Positions 36,055-38,530 of a DNA stretch of 38,530 nucleotides are shown one piece after another. How positions within the stretch are numbered: position 1 is the first letter of the stretch; the number at the start of each line of letters is the position of its first letter. The position numbers were made by a program, and so were the translations under genes. The stretch spans positions 1 through 38,530 of the forward strand of contig VGJF01000003.1 in the NCBI GenBank assembly GCA_016867585.1. Reading direction: 5' to 3'. The notes under the pieces are model-generated. The model did not search any database. It was not told where the DNA came from and saw only the letters and a program-made list of their open reading frames with translations. The stretch comes from Candidatus Aminicenantes bacterium. Lineage in GTDB: Bacteria; Acidobacteriota; Aminicenantia; Aminicenantales; UBA4085.

Positions 36055-38529
36055 TCAGTACCCGTATCTCTCACGGCGCAACCGGAAGGCTTCGGCGCTG
36101 CCTTCCATGATCACGCTGACGCGGTCCTTGATCTCCGGGCGGTCGATGCTGCCCGCGCCGAGCACAACCCCGAGCCGGTCCCTGACGCCGAGCGCCACGA
36201 TCAGCTCGGCGTCTCCGTTGACGGGAATGTTGGCGTTGTGCGTCGCGATGATGACCTGCCGCGAGAACTTGCGACGCCGCAACAGGTCCACGACGACATT
36301 GTACACGTACTGGTTGTCGAGGTCGTCCTCCGGCTGGTCGATGATGATGGGCTGATCTCCAGCCGAAAGAAGAAGGCTCAGAATCGCGGTGCTTTTCTCG
36401 CCGACGGACCCGGTCTCGATCGTCTTGAACGAACCGTCGGCCGCGCGGACTTTCGCCTCGACGAGGTCTTCCGGGATGAATCGCTCCATCTCGTCGAGCC
36501 GCAGGCGGTCCCGCCGCGCAAGTGCGTTGAAGAACTTTTTGGTCAAGCATTCCACGCCCACCAGCACGGCGACTCGCGACTCCTCAGCCCCCATGGTGGT
36601 TCCGCGCGACACCGTCGCCTCCACGTCGGCACGCATGGCCTCGACAAGTTCTCGAATGCGGTCTGGGACCTGTCCGCTCGCTGCGAATACGTAGTCGCAC
36701 AGCGCCGTCCAGTCGCGCTGCTGGAGTCCGGCACCCCCGAACCACTGCTCGCGGCGCGACTCGAAGTCGTCCCGGTCCCGAAACCCGAGTATTTCCAGCC
36801 GCACATCCGCGTCGATGTCCTCGAGTGCCCGGGCGCGCTCGCGGCGCGCAGCTAGTCGTTGCTCGTGGACCTCGACGAGCTGCAGGCGAGCGCCACGCAG
36901 CTTCCGAGAGATTGCCTCCAGTTCCTGCGCCGTCTTCTGGAGCGAGGCCAGCTCGCGTTCGAGCAACGCTCGTCGCTGAAGCAGCTTCTCGTGCTGAGCG
37001 AAGTCCACTCCGCGGGAAGTCATCTCCTGCCGCAAGGCGTCGTACGCGGAACGTGCCTCTTCGTAGCTTGCCTGCCACCTCTCGGATTGCTCGGTGGCGA
37101 TGGTGTCCAGCAGAGCCCGCAGGGCCGTGGCTTGATCTCGAAGGGTGCCAGCCGCTGCCCGCCGGGCAGCACTGACGCGATCGGCAACCGTGCGCAGCCA
37201 AGCGGCCGCCGGCGTGGTGTCTGGAAGTGCGCCGCCGGAATGGGCAGCCTCCATCGTCACTGCCGCTTGGTCCAGCTCGCCCGCAAGGCGCTCGGCTTCT
37301 TTGCGCGTGTCCTCCAACCAGCGCCGTTCGCGCTCGAAGGCATCGAACCGGGCCAGAACCTCCTTTCGCCCTGCGCTTTCCACGAAGGCGATCTGGTCGC
37401 GCACCTTCTGGAGTTCGGTTTCGACCGTCGGCAGTTTCGCACCTTGCTCGGTAATGCGGGTCCGAGTCGCCTGAAGCTCGGCCAGTGTTTCGGAGAGCGC
37501 CCGGCGCCGGTTCTCGATATCGCGCAGCCGGTCGGGATCGATCAGCGCGTCCAGCTCGCCGCGCTGCGAGGCAGGATCCCTGGCGATGCGGGCGATCTGC
37601 CTTTGCGACAAAAGCCTCGGAGAAACAAGGCTGCGAACATCGAGAGACGCAGGTTTTGCATCGGGTTTGTCCGGATCCGGAACGATCTCGATGCCGGAAG
37701 CCGAGCGGTGCACGCGATAGGACCGCTCGGCCACCACGATGTCCAGCGCGATCTCGTGATTGGGCAGGAGCGTTCCCTTCGTGTGGCCGAAGTCACGCTC
37801 CCGCTTCTCCGACAATATGGAAAGGACTGCCTCGCGCACGTTGCTGGGCTCATCATCGGGGAGGTCTTCGCCGCGCGCACGGTCGAGGGCATGCCGCACG
37901 TACTCGATCACGGTGGACTTGCCGGTGCCGCGCCCGCCGATGAGCGTCGTCAGACAAGGGTTGACCGGGATCTCGACATCCTCGAAGAAATCCGTGCCCT
38001 GTATCCTGATACACTGGATCCGCGGGTAGGCCCGAGCCGGAGGGCCGTCCGACATTCGACGCAGGCGCGATTCCGGATCGAGAAGCGCGAGCCGGATGCC
38101 TTCCACATCGGGAACCTCCATCTTCAGCCACGTGAAGCGGCTCCCGATTGCTTCGTAGCTGTGCGGGTCCGAACACTCGACGAGCGCCCAGTGCTTCTGC
38201 TCCCGGTAACGCGCCTTTTGACTCTCCGTGAGGAAGTCCCAGTCCTCCGACCGCCGGGCGGCCGTCCAGCGCCACAGCAGCTCCTTGAAGGGCTGCGGAA
38301 GGTCGCTGAACGGCCGAGATGCCTGGAAGCCGTGCCAGTCGCGCCGCGTGATCACGCGCCGGCGCAGATGCCCCTTCATCTCGTCCCATAGCGACGTCGC
38401 AACCGTAATCTCGCTGACCGCAGCGCCGCCGATTACCATGCGCGAAACGCCCTGACGGCCATCAGCGTGGGCCGGCAGTACGACAAACTCCAGATTGCGG
38501 TCGCCGGACGGCGGGCGGCAGTAGTCGTA
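36055..38529 (-). CDS. PHP-domain plus SMC/ABC-type ATPase (TrlF/Ppl-like), 5'-partial
   Basis: Frame stays open upstream of 38439 to the window edge (...FVVLPAHADG...); PHP motif CSDPHS, Walker A GGRGTGKST, coiled coil, SVGEK, IIIDQPEDDLD, IIATHNAN. Confidence 0.88.
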   Translation of the reverse strand, partial: YDYCRPPSGDRNLEFVVLPAHADGRQGVSRMVIGGAAVSEITVATSLWDEMKGHLRRRVITRRDWHGFQASRPFSDLPQPFKELLWRWTAARRSEDWDFLTESQKARYREQKHWALVECSDPHSYEAIGSRFTWLKMEVPDVEGIRLALLDPESRLRRMSDGPPARAYPRIQCIRIQGTDFFEDVEIPVNPCLTTLIGGRGTGKSTVIEYVRHALDRARGEDLPDDEPSNVREAVLSILSEKRERDFGHTKGTLLPNHEIALDIVVAERSYRVHRSASGIEIVPDPDKPDAKPASLDVRSLVSPRLLSQRQIARIARDPASQRGELDALIDPDRLRDIENRRRALSETLAELQATRTRITEQGAKLPTVETELQKVRDQIAFVESAGRKEVLARFDAFERERRWLEDTRKEAERLAGELDQAAVTMEAAHSGGALPDTTPAAAWLRTVADRVSAARRAAAGTLRDQATALRALLDTIATEQSERWQASYEEARSAYDALRQEMTSRGVDFAQHEKLLQRRALLERELASLQKTAQELEAISRKLRGARLQLVEVHEQRLAARRERARALEDIDADVRLEILGFRDRDDFESRREQWFGGAGLQQRDWTALCDYVFAASGQVPDRIRELVEAMRADVEATVSRGTTMGAEESRVAVLVGVECLTKKFFNALARRDRLRLDEMERFIPEDLVEAKVRAADGSFKTIETGSVGEKSTAILSLLLSAGDQPIIIDQPEDDLDNQYVYNVVVDLLRRRKFSRQVIIATHNANIPVNGDAELIVALGVRDRLGVVLGAGSIDRPEIKDRVSVIMEGSAEAFRLRRERYGY

Positions 38530-38530
38530 C

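Larger units (their letters stand above)
33308..38530. mobile_element. Edge of a horizontally acquired defence island (continues beyond window)
   Basis: Visible shift in codon and word usage relative to the host genes, defence-type gene content and an IS end at the boundary. Boundary approximate. Confidence 0.7.

Noticed and set aside
1-38530. CRISPR arrays, tRNA or rRNA genes
   Set aside because: No regularly spaced repeats or tRNA/rRNA signatures seen; intergenic gaps are short or otherwise explained.

Overview
High-GC bacterial chromosome segment from a diderm, probably anaerobic organism (TonB receptor, fhs). Gene style suggests Aminicenantes or a deltaproteobacterium-like lineage, but this is an impression only. 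Positions 1-33300 carry about 32 housekeeping and metabolic genes: GT87 plus an AUR1/IPC-synthase-like PAP2; DMT-queF divergent from DUF6485-radical SAM-hisC-trmO-GH172; a PLP decarboxylase; cobalamin riboswitch-btuB; an M29-like peptidase; DUF3311-SSS-M20-mntP; uvrA; corA; recA; fhs; radC; a UroD/MtaA-like gene divergent from an archaeal-type thyA; yhhN; and three secreted enzymes. From about 33308 to the end is the edge of a foreign defence island (PHP-ATPase TrlF/Ppl-like, Schlafen/AlbA_2 protein, DUF1156 methyltransferase), and the methyltransferase is cut exactly at an IS66-type terminal repeat. Signals not visible in the ORF track: (i) an orphan transcription unit at 10750-11046 with stacked promoters, an IHF-like site, repeated anti-Shine-Dalgarno motifs and a strong terminator (candidate sRNA); (ii) a 157-bp MITE-like element with terminal inverted repeats and a target duplication; (iii) deletion scars leaving C-terminal tails of a superoxide dismutase and a nitroreductase, plus an internal deletion in yhhN. 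All family calls are from motif recognition by eye; no searches were run. No tRNA, rRNA or CRISPR array was seen.
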